From Eutreptiella sp. 'Long Island Sound 2002' (lineage: Eukaryota > Protista > Euglenida): a stretch of 64,000 nt of DNA. The position numbers and the translations under genes were made by a program. The stretch covers positions 17,856,001 through 17,920,000 of the forward strand of contig OZ038378.1 in NCBI GenBank assembly GCA_964036045.1. The letters are read 5' to 3'. Below the pieces are notes generated by a model that saw nothing but the letters and a program-made list of their open reading frames with translations, was not told the origin of the DNA and made no database searches. Positions 10,911 through 58,482 of the stretch are shown here, in pieces (position 1 is the stretch's first letter; every line of letters starts with the position of its first letter).

Positions 10911-13900
10911 ATGTTTGTGAGGCAGAGTCACAGGCAGAGATACGAGATGACTCAGATGCGGCTGCATCCCGGTAAGTCGGGCCATCACGCGTGACCAATG
11001 GCCGTGAAATTTATTCAAAAGGCTGCCCGCAGCCTTGGGCAGCGAGGGTTTTCTTCAAATGCAGTGCTTCATGGTATGGAAAAAATGAAAAATGTCAATA
11101 TTTTCAGCCTTCACATACCACACTGCACACTCGTCTTTTGACCATAGCTGCGCGTCAAACGCCACATGGCGGCAAACTCATGGACAATATGGTGAAGACA
11201 GAAGCGGAGAAAGCGGATTTGATTAAGCAGTGCGAAGGTCGGGTTAAGCAACTAACCGACCGGCAATCTTGTGACGCTGAGCTGATTATGAACGGCGGCT
11301 TTTCGCCTCTTTCTGGTTTCATGAATCCAGACGTTTACGATGCAGTTGTGAAAGACATGCGGTATGCTATACTTACATGGTTTGTGTTGTAGTTCATGGG
11401 TCAAACTCCGTCCGTGCATTACTAACTCTGCAAAACTTTGCATACAGTACGCCTGAAGGCCTCATCTTCGGACTTCCCGTCGTCCTGGATTCGGACGGGT
11501 CAGAGGAGGTTGGCCAGAAAATTCTTTTGAAGCAGGGCGATCACCCTGTGGCTGTTATGGAGGTTGAAAGCAAGTATGATGTCATCGTGCCGTTTCCCGA
11601 TCCCCACACTTCGCGGGCAAATTTTCGTGAGAGAGACAGCCCCTCAGAAGAGCGTCAATCCGAATTCTGGAGTTCAGGGTGCTACGAAGGCCAGCAATGC
11701 AGTGCGCAGCAAGCTTGAATACCTACACCGTGTGATAGGTGGAAGCCCAACAAGCCCTTTGAGTGCAAGATGGCATATTCCTTCACTTCCATCGAGCATC
11801 CTGGTGTTCGTATGGTTGCTATGGAACGAGGTGAGTATTATATTGGAGGCAAAATTTATGGCCTCAACTTGCCGCAGCGGGTTTTCCCGTGCCAGGTGTG
11901 GAACAGGGAAATCCACTAACTCTTTCAATAACAAGCATGGAACCGTACGTTCCCCAAAGTCCGTGTAGTTTGCGCTTGTAACACGATTAAATGATGTAAC
12001 ATAAAGGCTGAGCAAGCGACACACCTACGAACAAGCACTTGTACCATACCATCCAATAAATCCAGGCCGGAAGAAAGCAACCGCAATCCTTTGAACCCGT
12101 CTGTTTTCCCCAGACTCCTGCGGAAGTTCGCGAAATGCTGCCATCCACTGACGTTGTTGCATTCCAATGCCGGAATCCGATCCACCGAGCACACTATGAG
12201 CTCTTCATTCGTTCCCTGGATTCCGACAACGTGTCAAAGGATGCCCATGTTTTGGTACACCCTACCTGTGGACCCACCCAGGAGGATGATATCCCTGGCG
12301 TTGTCAGGTCTCTTTTCCCACCCCGGATTGCTTTTGCCGTGCAACCTGAGGCCGCAGCCGCAGCAGGAACTGTCGCTGAGCACCCATCACCAATCCGACG
12401 GCAAGGGAAAGCCCTTTGTTGTCAGCCTCCACAACAGCTCACCTGTTTTCGCATACAGATACAACACCTACGAAGTATTGAAGGCTGAGGTGGACAATCC
12501 TCGTGTCAAGTGGGCCTATTTGCCCTATTCCATGCACATGGCGGGTCCTCGAGAGGCCATCCAGCATATGATGATTCGCAAAAACTATGGGTGCACCCAT
12601 TTCATTATCGGGCGTGACATGGCTGGTATGGTTCCCATTAACTATTAGAACACCTTTTACCATGGCTTTCAACGCTTGCTATTTTTTTCTCTTCACATCG
12701 ATGTGCGGACGGCTGGTTTCTTAGTGTGGCAAGGGGAGGGGGGGTTATGGGGTAGGTGGTCGAGAGCAGTTTTGGATGAATTTTGTGTGCCTTGCTTACA
12801 ATTTTTTTACCTTTTTTTGGAAGATGAATTGTTGGATCAATTTGGTGTGCCTTCCTTGAGAGATTGAACAGTTTTTTTGTGAAGATAAATTGTTGGCTCA
12901 TTTCTTGACCTCTTAGTTGTATGGTTGTAGGTGCGCTTCAAACAACTTTTTTAAAGATGAATTGGTAGATCATTTCTTTGCCTTGTAGTTGCATGTCACA
13001 GTACTTCACCGGGTGCGCTTTGAACACTTTTTTTTTCAAGACGAATTGGTGGATAGTTTCGTTCTTAGGTGTATGTCACACTACATCACTGCGTGCGCTT
13101 TGAACAATTTTTTTGAAGATGAATTGGTTCATCGTTTCTTTGCTTCTTCGGTGCATGTCACAGTACGTCACGGGTGCGCTTTGAACCTTTTTTTTTTTCC
13201 ATGATGAATTGGTTGATCAGTTCTTCGCTCTGTAGTTGCATGTCACACTAATCAGAATCGGAGTACAAAACAATCGAAACTCACACACCTACTCAAAGGT
13301 GACCACTCAAAAATAAAGTGTACAGTGCATGTAAAGTGGAGACTTTTTTTCCCACGCCAGCGGCGGAGTTTTCATGCAGGTTATCCAAATTTCCATTATT
13401 TTGCTTTGTACGTGCCTGGGTTCGTTGTGTTTGCATGTTTCCATCTGTGCACCTTCTTGAGCCCCCCCCCGAGGTGTGTCTTGATCAGCGCCCAGAAGCA
13501 TGTGCAGAGATCAGGAGGTAGGCAGAAGGTGTGCGGGTTTTATGGGGTATTTGATCCGTGATCCATGTTTAAAACCAGGGGGGGCGGCTGGGGAAGGGGG
13601 GGGGGGGGGCGCTATGGAACCCCCGCAGATCAGTGATGCATGGACTACCTACTGCACTCACTCGGTTGCTTCCAGGGTGCAAGAGCAGCATTGATGGTGA
13701 AGATTTCTACGGCGTTTACGATGCTCAGGAGTTTGCTAAGGCCAACTCCAAGGAGCTGGGCGTGGATACGGTTCCATCTTTGGATTTGGTCTACACGCAA
13801 GAAAAAGGTTGCTTGGGAGTGTTGTGAGGTGGTACGGGCGCTTTTGACCATTTCCGCCACAGCTAGACGTGCCTACAGGTTCTTTTGTTTTACGTAGAGA

Positions 13901-14388
13901 GAGCTGACCTGCAGTTTTTCACGCTGTGCCGAACGTTTTAAATGCAAATTCACGCCTGAAAACCCCCCTCGCCCTTTGACTGCTGTTTTTCCTCTGCGTT
14001 TTTGAACCTGCTTATTCTTATTGGAAAAGACGAACAAAGAATCGTGCCACAGAAGGCTAGGGTGCACCATGTTCGTATCTCACGGCAAGATAAGCCGCAA
14101 GATCGACGATGAAAAGACCGTGTGTTATGCTATGCCACCTTGATCTGTTCCAGCGGTCCGACAAAAGGTGAACCCCCAAAACAGGAGCACAAATTGTTCG
14201 AGTTGGGTTGTCATCCCTTTATTTTGGACATAGGTTACATCACTGCTGCTTCGTCGAAGCAGCAAGGATTGAAGCCATTGAAGCTTTCCGGAACCGAATT
14301 CCGCCGCCGGCTACGCGCTGGCGAGAACATTCCTGAATGGTTTGCATTCAAGTCCGTGGTGGAGGTTCTGCGAAGCGCCAACCGCTAA
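10911..14388 (+). CDS. sat: ATP sulfurylase (sulfate adenylyltransferase), short algal/marine-cyanobacterial type without APS kinase fusion, 8 exons, 401 aa
   Basis: Exons 10911-10971, 11148-11361, 11448-11573, 11739-11895, 12114-12307, 12459-12625, 13676-13807, 14234-14388 sum to 1206 nt, frame-consistent, with 7 GT-AG introns (TACTAAC branch point at ~11420). Motifs: [37 protein letters not shown] (HxxH), [70 protein letters not shown]. The first exon and start codon are less certain than the rest. Confidence 0.93.
12770..13250. repeat. Degenerate 50-85 bp tandem repeat in sat intron 6
   Basis: Recurring gatgaatt(g/t)gt..gcatgtcaca..gtgcgctttgaac units starting near 12776, 12823, 12883, 12956, 13040, 13117 and 13203. 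Confidence 0.8.
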
Positions 14389-14952
14389 ACAATCAGACAT
14401 CGGTGTGTTTGATTTTGTATTGCACTGTACTCGTAAGGTTTCGTTTCCGTGGCAACGCTGTTTGCGAGGCCGCCCTCGTTCTGAACGGGCGGAAAGTGTC
14501 GCGAAGGGATTCCCGCAAACGTGGCATGATTCGGACTCGCACTGGAGGCAAAGGGCAGAAGTTGATTGCATGTACGAATGTGACTCGTTGCGCTTCACGC
14601 CTGTTTTCAGGTTGCATTGTAGTCCTTTGAATGCCCAAACAGGACTATCGCGACATGAAATACAAACCCTGACACTATGAGGTGGCCGGGTATTTCACCA
14701 TATCTCTACGTGTACCGCTTGTGTGTGCACTTGCACCACTGGTCATTCCAATGACATATGTTGACTTGGTCTGGATGTCATCGGGCTACGCTATTACCTT
14801 TGTACATTTACCCAAATTATTTATCTAATTACTCATTCAACAGGGGATGGCCCCTGTCTGTCATATATTTTGCATTGCTTCCATGTGGTGCCTGAACCAC
14901 GCGTCAAAGCTCTTGTCCTGCGCCATGTGTCCAGCTGCTGTATTGCGCTCCA

Positions 14953-15046
14953 GAGTACGGTGACACTGCAGCCGATGCACACAGGGAAAACATTCCGCAA
15001 GAGTACGGTGACACTGCAGCCAATGCACACAGGGAAAACGTTCCGT
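14953..15046. repeat. 48-bp tandem duplication
   Basis: gagtacggtgacactgcagcc(g/a)atgcacacagggaaaac at 14953 and 15001. Confidence 0.85.
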
Positions 15047-16894
15047 GCTTGTGCATTTCGTGTCCACAAGGTGTTGGGTTCGACAACTGGAACGTTGATT
15101 GGTGGTGCAAAATGAATGTTTGTGTGACCCGTCAACCCACACCCACCCCTGAAATGAGTCTTCAATAGGGTGCAGTTGGCCATGGTCACCCCTGTATCGT
15201 CCACCCACCCTTTTTCCTCAGTCCAATCAGTTTTCTACAGTGGCGGATAGGTTGTGTAAGTGATGTGTCCCGAATGGGATGCAGGCACGCCAAGCAAGCC
15301 TCTGGCCAGGATGGTACTCACAGGTTGTGCAGATATGGGAAATAGTCACCTAAGACAAAACTGGGCTCCACCCAAGCACAGGCTTGGAGAGATGTTGTTT
15401 TGGCTTTTTTTGTTTAACCTCTGTGGTCCAAAAGCATTTGCAGTCTCTCAACTGGACAATCATGGTTGTGTATTTTCTTTGCGCAAACCCACCCATGCAA
15501 CACCTCAAACAACATCATATTTGGGGACACACTGGTTTCTGACAACCATCACATTTTGGGCACACTGGTTCCTAGCGCAGGGTGACACATCCCAACATCC
15601 CAAAGAGTCGTAATGCATTTTCGTTTGGCCAACCAATTGTGGTGCAACGCAAGGCTGTCCTGGGCACGACTGACTTTTTGGACAGAGCTGGTGGGAATGC
15701 AGATTTTCAGTTAGTGGATACTGGGAATGTGTTTGATTCTGCTTCATGCTGGGCGCCCAGAAAGATGTAGATGGCGCAGGAGGGCATAAATGGTCACCCT
15801 TTAAAGAGGTAGGCAAAACAAGCATTACAGATGCAGAGCATCGCTATTAAAAGAGACGGACTCAATCCTTTTTCACATTGGGCATTACTACCCTAATTTG
15901 CGGGTAAAAGCCCGTGCAGTCACTCCTCTACAATTTAGTTCTGCATGAGGTGGGTGTTGGTCAGGGTTTTTTGTCAGGCTAATTTCTTGTAGCCTCGAGA
16001 TGTTTGCTTTTACAAAGTATTTCGTCCCGCTTTTATTTTTGTTTGTCCTGCATTGGCAACACAAACTCCTCTTTGATGAGCCATTTTTTCTTTCCCAAGC
16101 ATAATACTAACTCTTCTCTTATGAGCCATTTTTTCTTTTTCCAAGGCACTTTTGTCATCAAATCAAAGCAGAATCTGTTACATCCGAAACAAAAAAAACG
16201 CCCCAATTTGGTGTGTTGTTGGCTCATGCTGAGGATATGGTAAAAGTGCAGAGAAGCGAGCCAAAAGACAGTAATGAAGAAAGCCATCTCTTTTGATTTC
16301 ATGTAGGTTTTGGTGTTTTGAGTCACACTTCATTTGCCCTTTCTTGTCCAAATGAGCCCCGAAAACCAATGTGGATGGCTAAAACAAAAAAAGCGCACTG
16401 AGAAATTCCTTGGCTTAGCTGGTCACTTTGGTGCCATTAAAAAACCCCAATAGATTTTCATTTGCAGTGTGGACTACATGTCCGCCGAATCGGATTTTGA
16501 ACCATGTTGCCCTAGATATGGCCCATTCTTGGGACGATTTTGGGGCCAAACTGCGTAGATTTGGATGTTTCTTTATATAGAAGGAACCTTTGGTATCCTC
16601 TAATTTTTCTGTCCAAAAAACACATTTGTTTGGCTATTATGAATAGGGTTCAACGCCGTTTGAGACAAAAATTGGCCGCATTGGTCCAAGAATGGTGCAG
16701 ATTTCGATGGGCAGCCCCTGCTATCCATCCCTCTCGCCACCACCGTTGCTCAACGCCGAAATTGTGCATTTCAGTAAAAAACACAATGCAAAACCCAAAA
16801 ATTTGGGACATAGTAATGCCCAAAATGAGACCCAAACATATCATTGCCGTTACTACTGTTTGCTAGATTGAAAAAGTAGGGGGTGTGAGATTTC

Positions 16895-18980
16895 TTCGGG
16901 CTTTACTCGACTCTAGCCATCCTATTGCCTAAGTGGTGTCCTTCCCGATTCAAATTTTGAGCCAGAAACTCACCGGTGCCGCCCCGGGGCGGGGGCGCCA
17001 TGTCGGGGGGTGCCCTCCCAAAACTGCGCATTTTCTGCCCCAAAAAAGCCTTTTTTGGCCCAAAACGTCTCGTGCCCCGTGACAAAGAGCCCTTTGTTGC
17101 CCTCCAACTCCACGATATGTCCGAGGAACGGCCCAAAAATGGCGAAAAAAGGCTCTGAATGAGCGCAGTTTGTATGAAACAGCCCCAAAACTAAGAACGG
17201 GCCGTATCTTGGGCTGGGTGGCTCATAAACTGATTCTGAGGGTACCTAGTCCACCCGCAACCCACCACTTTTTGCGGTTTTTCAAGCCCCATAATCGCCC
17301 CAGGAGACGCCTAGACCTCCGCATGAGTGGTCATTTGGTGGAGCCGGAGGGCAGCCCGGCCCGCGCACCGTGGAGGCCAACAGCGGGTCCACTAGGATCC
17401 CCGGGGCGAAAAAAATCATTTTTTCCTGAGTTGTTCTTAGACCACTCGGGATGCTCAACCAAGTGTTTTTAGCCCATTTTGAGCCCGTGGTGACGCATTT
17501 TGGCCAATGGAAAATCCCAAAATGCCTTGAAAAAGGGCCGTGTTGGGACAAAAAAAAAATGGGGCCAAAATGGGTCAAAAACGGGTTTTTCCAAAAGTAA
17601 TCGTGGACCATTTGGGATGCTTAAAGAAGTGTTTTCAGCCGATTTTCAGGCTGTGGTGATGCGTTTTAGCCCATGGAAAATCCCAAAATGCCTTGAATGG
17701 ATGAAAAATGGGTCAAAAATGTGTTTTTCCAAAAGTGATACTAGAGCACTGGGGGTGCACAAACCGGAGAAATTGGCCCATTTTGAGCCCGTTTTGATCG
17801 AGTCTAACCCCTTCCGCCACATGTATGCACCAAGTTGTACCCTTCGCACATACCTTGGAGCGGTATGGTGCAGCCACCTAGAGTTGGGAAGAAGGGTGTA
17901 GATTAGATGATATCCCAAAACGGCCCCTTTTCAGGGCATTTTTTGAGATTTTCCATGGTCCAAAACGCGCCACCATGGGCTCAAGTTGGGTCAAAAACAC
18001 TTGTTTGAGCATCCCAAATGGTTTAGGATCACTTTTGGAAGAATGCGATTTTGACCCATTTTTGACCCCCTTTTGGTCCCAAAATGGCCCATTTTCAAGC
18101 GATTTTGGGATTTTCCATGGGCCAAAACGCGTCACCGCGTGCTCAAAATGGGCGAAAAAAAACTTTTTGAAACATCCCAAATGGTCCTGGATCACTTCTG
18201 GAAAAATGCGTTTTTGACCCTTTTTTGACCCGTTTTTGGTCGCATAACGGCCCCTTTTCAAGGCATTTCGGGATTTTCCATGGGCCAAAACGCGTCAGCA
18301 CGGGCCAAAATGGGCTAAAAACACTTGTTTGAGCATCCCAAGTGGTCTAGGAACAACTTTGGAAAAAATGATTTTTTCCGCCCCGGGGACTCTAGTGGAC
18401 CCACCGTTGGCCCCCGTTGTGCGCAAGCCGGGCTGCCCTCCGGCTCCACCAAATGACCACTGGTACCGAGGTCTAAGTGGCTCATGGGGCGATTTTGAGG
18501 CTTGGAAACCACAAAAAGTGGGGGTTGCGGGTAGAATATGTGCCCTCGGAATTCGGATTTGAGCCACGCAGCGCAAGATACGGCCCATTCTTGGTTTTGG
18601 GGCTGTTTTGACACTACAACGCACATGCAGGCCATTTTTGAGGGGGTGCTCTGTACAGAGCACCACCCCATTTTTGGGCCGTTTATCGGACATATCGTGG
18701 AGTTAGAGGGCAAGAATGGGCTCTTGGTCACGGGGCAATCAAGGCGCACGTGTAGTGTAGCAACCGTTTGCCTTTGATTGGCCGTTTTGAGTGGGTTTCG
18801 GGGCTATTTTGGGCCAAAAAAGGCTCTTTTGGAGCACAAAATGCGCAGTTTTGGGAGGGTACCTCCCTACTTGGCGCCCCCGCCCCGGGGCGCCACCGGT
18901 GAGTTTTTGGCTCAAAACTTGGATTTGGCAAAAGCACCACCTAGGGAATGAGATGGGTAGAGTAGAGTAGAGCCCGGAGC
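16895..18980. mobile_element. Foldback-like element (about 2.1 kb) with 650-730 bp imperfect inverted arms and internal sub-repeats
   Basis: 16895-17545 is the reverse complement of about 18245-18980 (e.g. agtggtcatttggtggagccggagggcagcccggc and ccctcccaaaactgcgcatttt in both arms). The interior has repeated ggaaaatcccaaaatgccttg / gggatgctcaaacaagtgttttt modules that switch orientation around 17800-17920. No ORF. Confidence 0.8.
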
Positions 18981-21769
18981 GACGAGGCGCAGCAATGGCC
19001 AAAATGGAAAAGAGAAGTGCTTGCTTGTTGCTTGTCGCTTGCTTGTTAGCTAGATTTAAAAAGAGAGGGGTGTGGTAATATATATCTATTCGTATACAGA
19101 GCAGGGATATTTCAGTCATAAATTAGGGCCTTCCATTTACTTATGCAAAGTCGGCCCTTAACAAAATCTATTGAAATTTAATCTATGATTGGTTTATGTC
19201 CCTAACCGTAGCCTTTGGGCCTTGCGCACATTCACTGCTACCTCTGGTCAATTGTTGCTTTATTGCATAGCATATTCGCTAATGCAACATGGCTATTCTT
19301 GTACAACATTGGGCACAATGCCAGACCTTTTCAATCTCGGCACAGCAACCACTCAACCAACCACAATCTCTGGATGTCAGCTGCAAATAATTGCACGTAT
19401 CTCAATAACTTGCGCATGCGCAACTAATTTTGTTGTGCATGATCCACCAGGTTCCATTGTTACAACCTTTTTTTAACACGGAGAATCATGCCATTCCGGC
19501 CTTGTGTGTGTGTGGGGGGGGGGAAGAAACAAAGAGAGGGGTTCTGTACTACAGGGTTTTTTCAGTAAAAAGAAGGGTTTTGTACTTACCATCCTTGCCC
19601 TCTCCAGAACCCCCCCTTTTCACCCATGCTGTGCGCGTTGGGCTCCAGATTGAAACTGAAAAGCCCCCAATGGACTGGCCCGCCTTCCGCACCCATCTGA
19701 CACAAGGTCAATGAAGCAAGCTTATATATTTACCCACAGGCCCTCATCAGGAGATGTGAGCCAACAGACAATGCCAGCAGAATTTACCTGCAAATCTAGT
19801 CAGCACAAACAAAGAATTGAGACTGGATGGACAGAAGGCAGCAGAAACCCTGCACTGCCAAGCGCCCACCATCCACAGCCTGGAGGCATGCCTCCACATA
19901 ACACAATGAAGTGTGTCAAACTAGCAAGACCAATTGGCAAAAATTGTGCACCGAGATGTTGACCCCCCGCTTTTATGAAATGAGTTTGGCTGAGGCTTTG
20001 AGCTTTCCTGATGCCCTCTTCCCACATTTGGCTATGCTCAGGGGATGCAGGTGCCTGGGTCATTGAAGAGAAACTGCCAAAAGCCTTTCCACACCCAGCG
20101 CATGCCCTATTGCTTTGCTGAGCATAGGTGCATGCAAGGAGCACTCCCAAACTGAGGCGACAGTAACCTGCATCTTGCCGAATGTGCAGGGTTGTCTATG
20201 CCCCACCTGTTCTTGCTTAGATGATTTGTGAGATGCCCCCGCCACCACTTGTCACCTACTGCATGCTGGGGTGGTGGCAATGCATTGATTGGGTCTTCAA
20301 GCCACTCCTCCACCCCACCTCCCAATCCTCTTGCACATTGCTGCGCTAGCTGACTACACTTGGACAATAGGGCGCTTTTGGGTGAGGTCTGGGGGGGGGG
20401 GGGGGTTCCGAAAAGGCGTGGGGTATTTTTTGGTACGCACCAGAGGGGGAGGGGTGTGTTTTTTCTGGGTTTGCGGCATGTTTGAATTTCCAAGGAAATT
20501 CTGAAATTTGACTCCATCAGCATGGCCCTGAAAATTCCTGGAAGCAGCACACCATGCTACAATCAAGATGACACGCAGTGTGCAGAGTAGCCTTACAGCC
20601 AGTAATGTGCGTTGGGGATGGTTCATGGATTACCTGTACGTTTGCTCAGTGACAATTGTTGGGCTCAACGCTGGATGCCACAAAGATCAGGATGAAGCAA
20701 CCAATGCTGTCAAAATCATGATCCTGTCTGTAGTGGATGTGTAGCATAGGTGGTAAAAGGGCACAAGCAGCAGGACAGGGCAAACTAACCAGTTGGGGGG
20801 GGGGGGGGGATGATGGGTTTAATGTGATCAATTGCAGTCACTGCTGATATATATTTCAGAGATTCAAAATATTTCATTTATCCGTGCATTGTATGGCAGC
20901 TTAAACCCCCACCTGGACGCTTGGTGAGGTGGAGAGATTTTTCACAAGACTTTTTGTGTGTGGGGGTTGAGGCATGAAATGGTCAGGGCGTTGATAGGGT
21001 CGCAGAGCACAAGAGCAGGGCTGGGACCCGGGTCAAGGAAAATGACAAGCACTAGAATGGAAAAGGTCTCTTGTAACGCAAGCCCTATGTCATATGCGCA
21101 ATGCTGCGTACAAAAAAAAAAGCGCAAATGAACAAATGAACTCGCACAAAGACACCTACGGAGGAGAGGGCCAGCAGGTCAGATATGACCACAAAAACAT
21201 ATAAGTACCTCTGAATTGAGACTTCCCAAGATAGGTAAAAACAAGTGCTCTGCGCAAAGTACTGTGCCTGCAAAGTAGACGCAGTACCTTTCCCTTTTCC
21301 TTTCCGAAGATTCCCCTTTCCACCAAAAATGTTGCCAGCTGCAATTTGCAAATGTCCATTTCCCCAAACACCTGAAACACCACTGCTGCCGCTGGCCGGG
21401 CTGCCGTCAACTGGACCCCAATGGTACCTCAAGCTTGGCATGGTTGTCAGCAGAATAGTCCCTTAGGGCATGAAATCAGATTTCTCCAGAGGCCAGCCAT
21501 CTCACGTCGAGGACAGTATTTGCTTCACAGCGCTGATGCTGAAGACACAGAGTAAATCGGATGAAGCATTCACGCATGTGTGTTGTGACTGTTTGGTACA
21601 GGTCTGTTTGATTCCCCGGGTCATCAACATAATTTGTGCGAGGCGGTGTGCCTCGTCACACTTCCTCAACGGTTTCGGCCGAATCGACATCGTATTCAAC
21701 GCTTGTTAATACCGACCATCTCAACGTTCGCTTCTCTCCCCCAAGATACATGGCAGAAACGGACCAATT

Positions 21770-21870
21770 GCGGCAGCCGACCTCCACCTCCCAACCGCCG
21801 GTTCACTGCCAATCGCCGGAAGCTGAGCACCACCCGACGTCGTTTGGCCGCCGTTGCAAACAGTCGGCCA
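21770..21870. repeat. Member of the short interspersed (caaccgccg/cggcggttgg) repeat family
   Basis: Related modules at about 33820-33950, 35610-35650 and 45770-45830 (gttggagggtaaccga(a/c)ggc shared by the last two). Confidence 0.6.
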
Positions 21871-23153
21871 CCATCACTTACTTGCCACGCGGGCATTCCC
21901 TAAGGGGCGTTCTTGAAGGGGGCGGCCGTTAGCGGGAGAGGTGGAGCAAAAATGGCTCCCAGAAGAACGTTCTGTCATTCTACGGAGGGGGAAAATGGTA
22001 CACGTCAGAACATACACTGTGACCAACTGCGGGAGCGCGGCCATCGAAGCGCGCACAGTGCTGCTTGGCCCGGACTGAAATCCTAACACATGCTGTTGAA
22101 CTCCCTGGCCCTCGACGTTCCGTGAACCCACCCTTCCGACGGTCACCCGCCAAAGCCCAATGCCAGGCATCGCCATCGGCCCCACACAAGGAACGACATG
22201 GGCTGGGCTGCGCTGACAAACCACAAACAAACACTACCATTGCCAGTCAATGCACTGCAGCACGGCACCCATATTCCAAAAAACACTGCAATGTGCATGC
22301 GCCGAGAGCCTTCTTCCCCACGGCCAGACTGACACAGACATTCAGCCCCCCCCCCTCCCCCCTCCCCCTTCCCCTTAATTGAAAATGTTCAGAACAGCTA
22401 TTTCAGCACCACACGGCCCCCCACAATCCTCATAACGTTCCACAGCCCCTCCACAGCCCCTCCACAGCCCCTCCACAGCCACTCAAGCGCACAAGCCGCG
22501 TCGTCTCGCCCGTTTCCAATTCCCACGAGCCCGCACGATCCCAGTCTGGAAGCAAGATGCACTGCCAACTGCTCTGCCTCCCCTTGTGCAACTGTTGTGG
22601 TGACACTCGCATACCCCCGCCACCACATGCGCCTGCAGCCGTTCAGACTCGCCGAAACAAAACCACTACCGCAGACTTACTCTGGGGAGACAAATGACCG
22701 TGTTTCGGAGACCGCGAATTTTCCAACGGATGCGCTGCGTTGGCCAAAATTTTCGCTTGACGCGGCTGATGAGTGCAAATAGGCAGCTGTCGGCTGCTGC
22801 TGGAGTGCTGTACAACTACTACTAACGGGCCATAAGCAATACCCACTGCCTCCCTAATACATCCCCGGTGACCCCCCCAGCGCGGCCGTGAGCAGAAATT
22901 TCGCCGGGAAAAAGAATCTGCGCCAAAAACAAAGTAGTCTCCCCGCAGCTGCCTCCAGCCGACATCCCCCCCCCCCACCCCCACCCTGAGATGGGTCGCC
23001 TGCAGCTGGCATCACTACGATTCAGGGCACAAACCAGGGCTGACACCCACATGGGCAGCCCAGAACATTCGTCACCACTGCACAGCAGCACTCAGGCAGT
23101 GGTCCAAGTGCAGTCAGAACACACACGCACACACGCCCCTGCACGTGCGCACC

Positions 23154-56941
<33,788 letters not shown>

Positions 56942-56995
56942 GAGAAACCTACGCGTACAAGGGCTGTGCAATTAACACGAAAGAGGGGCAGGGTT
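56942..56995 (-). promoter_or_regulatory. Putative spliced-leader trans-splice acceptor region of clpB
   Basis: Pyrimidine tract ccctgcccctctttcgtgtt followed by AG at 56965-56964 and 56950-56949, 7 nt before the ATG. SL trans-splicing is established in Euglenozoa; its use at this site is inferred. Confidence 0.4.
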
Positions 56996-58482
56996 GACAA
57001 AGCCCAGATCAACCTTCAATCCTCCCATCACCCCCCAAACGAAATTGATAACTTGCGCAAACTCATCTGTCCATCACCTTGGTGCCGAACCTAACTCGTG
57101 CACGTTAGAATGCTGCGGATCCATTTTTCCTTCAGTTGCATCCAGGCAGGTCATGTTCCTTTCGTCAGTGTTTCCGAAAAAAGTGTTGCATTCCACGTTC
57201 TAACTTGCACCACCACCGTTGGCCGCTACCGTCGGTCGTGTGCAGCTATCGAGGCATCCCGTTTCAAGACCTTTGTCGTGACAAAGGAACATCAAGTGGA
57301 GCAAGTGGAGCGATGTCTTGTGATTCTTCGGCGGGACACCGCTATGTGTCAAAAAAGGAACGTCAAGTCACACGTCACACTAATCTCGGGACTTCATTTG
57401 TGGGCATATCGTAAGCATTTATCAACCATTTCTTACTTGGTAGAGGTGGTCAGAGAATTTCATTCAAATTCTTTTCACTCCAATCGTTCTGTGCCGCTGA
57501 GATGTTGACGGCTTAGCAAGCACTTACTAGTGGGCGATCTGATGCGGCGGATTGGCGGCTGAACGCCCCCTTCCAAGAACGGCACGGATCGGGGAATGTT
57601 CCTTTTTCAAAACAAAGGGGAAAGGTGCAGAAAGCACAAACTCAATCCTCATAGTCCGGAAGAGGCAAAAGTGTGCAAACGGTATCGAATGTTGCAAAAC
57701 GTATTCACAAAGTTGCAAAAGTTGTATCATTTTGTTTAAAACACCGTCCGCAGTTGTGCTGCGATGGTGTATTGAAAACTTGAGCCATAAAACCAATTTG
57801 GCCACTGAGCACAAAATCCCGCAGTTACTGCTTGGGCAACGCACGTTGGTTCCAGCTTTGTCGGCTTTCATTTGCTTTCATTTCTGTCCGGTCCGATCTT
57901 GGCTGTGTGGGGAACATTTTGTACCAGTGGTAGGGTAAGTCGCCAAATGCGCGCCGATTTTGGCCCGTCCTTCACAGTCGGCCGAAATTCTCTAAAAATT
58001 TTTCGGATTTCCTGGAAATTTCTGGATGGGTCTACAGAATGGGACCCAGGCTACTGGCCCATAGCATCAGATCCCGATTCGGTGCTAAAAATCGCCAGAT
58101 ATCTGGCTGGGAACAGAGCGCCCTCAGCGATTGCGCAAAAATGCAATTTTGCCAAATGACGGCTCAAATCGCCGCCCTTCACAGTGGCGCTTCGTTTGGG
58201 CGCTACATAGCACTAAATCTTCTGCGGGTAGATCCAGACCCAGGCTACTCGGGAGGGAGGGTCCAAGGCCCTTCGGCGATGCCGGTCCGGCTTTTGCCTG
58301 TCGGCACTGTAGCAACCCTTGCTTGAGCTTGGTGCTTTTCTTGTTTTTTGCCAATGGTGTCCATGGAGGAAACCCCCTGGGGCAGCCACCCTGGTCTCAA
58401 TGAAAGCAAAAATTTTTTGTCTTTTAATTGGACAGATTCCACAAGTCTCAGGTTGGCTAAACAAGACCCATTTGCTTGTGCA

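Noticed and set aside
19590-19696. Possible minus-strand exon with a gtaagt donor between sat and clpB
   Set aside because: The donor lies in repeat-like sequence and no consistent partner exons were found in 14.4-23 kb.
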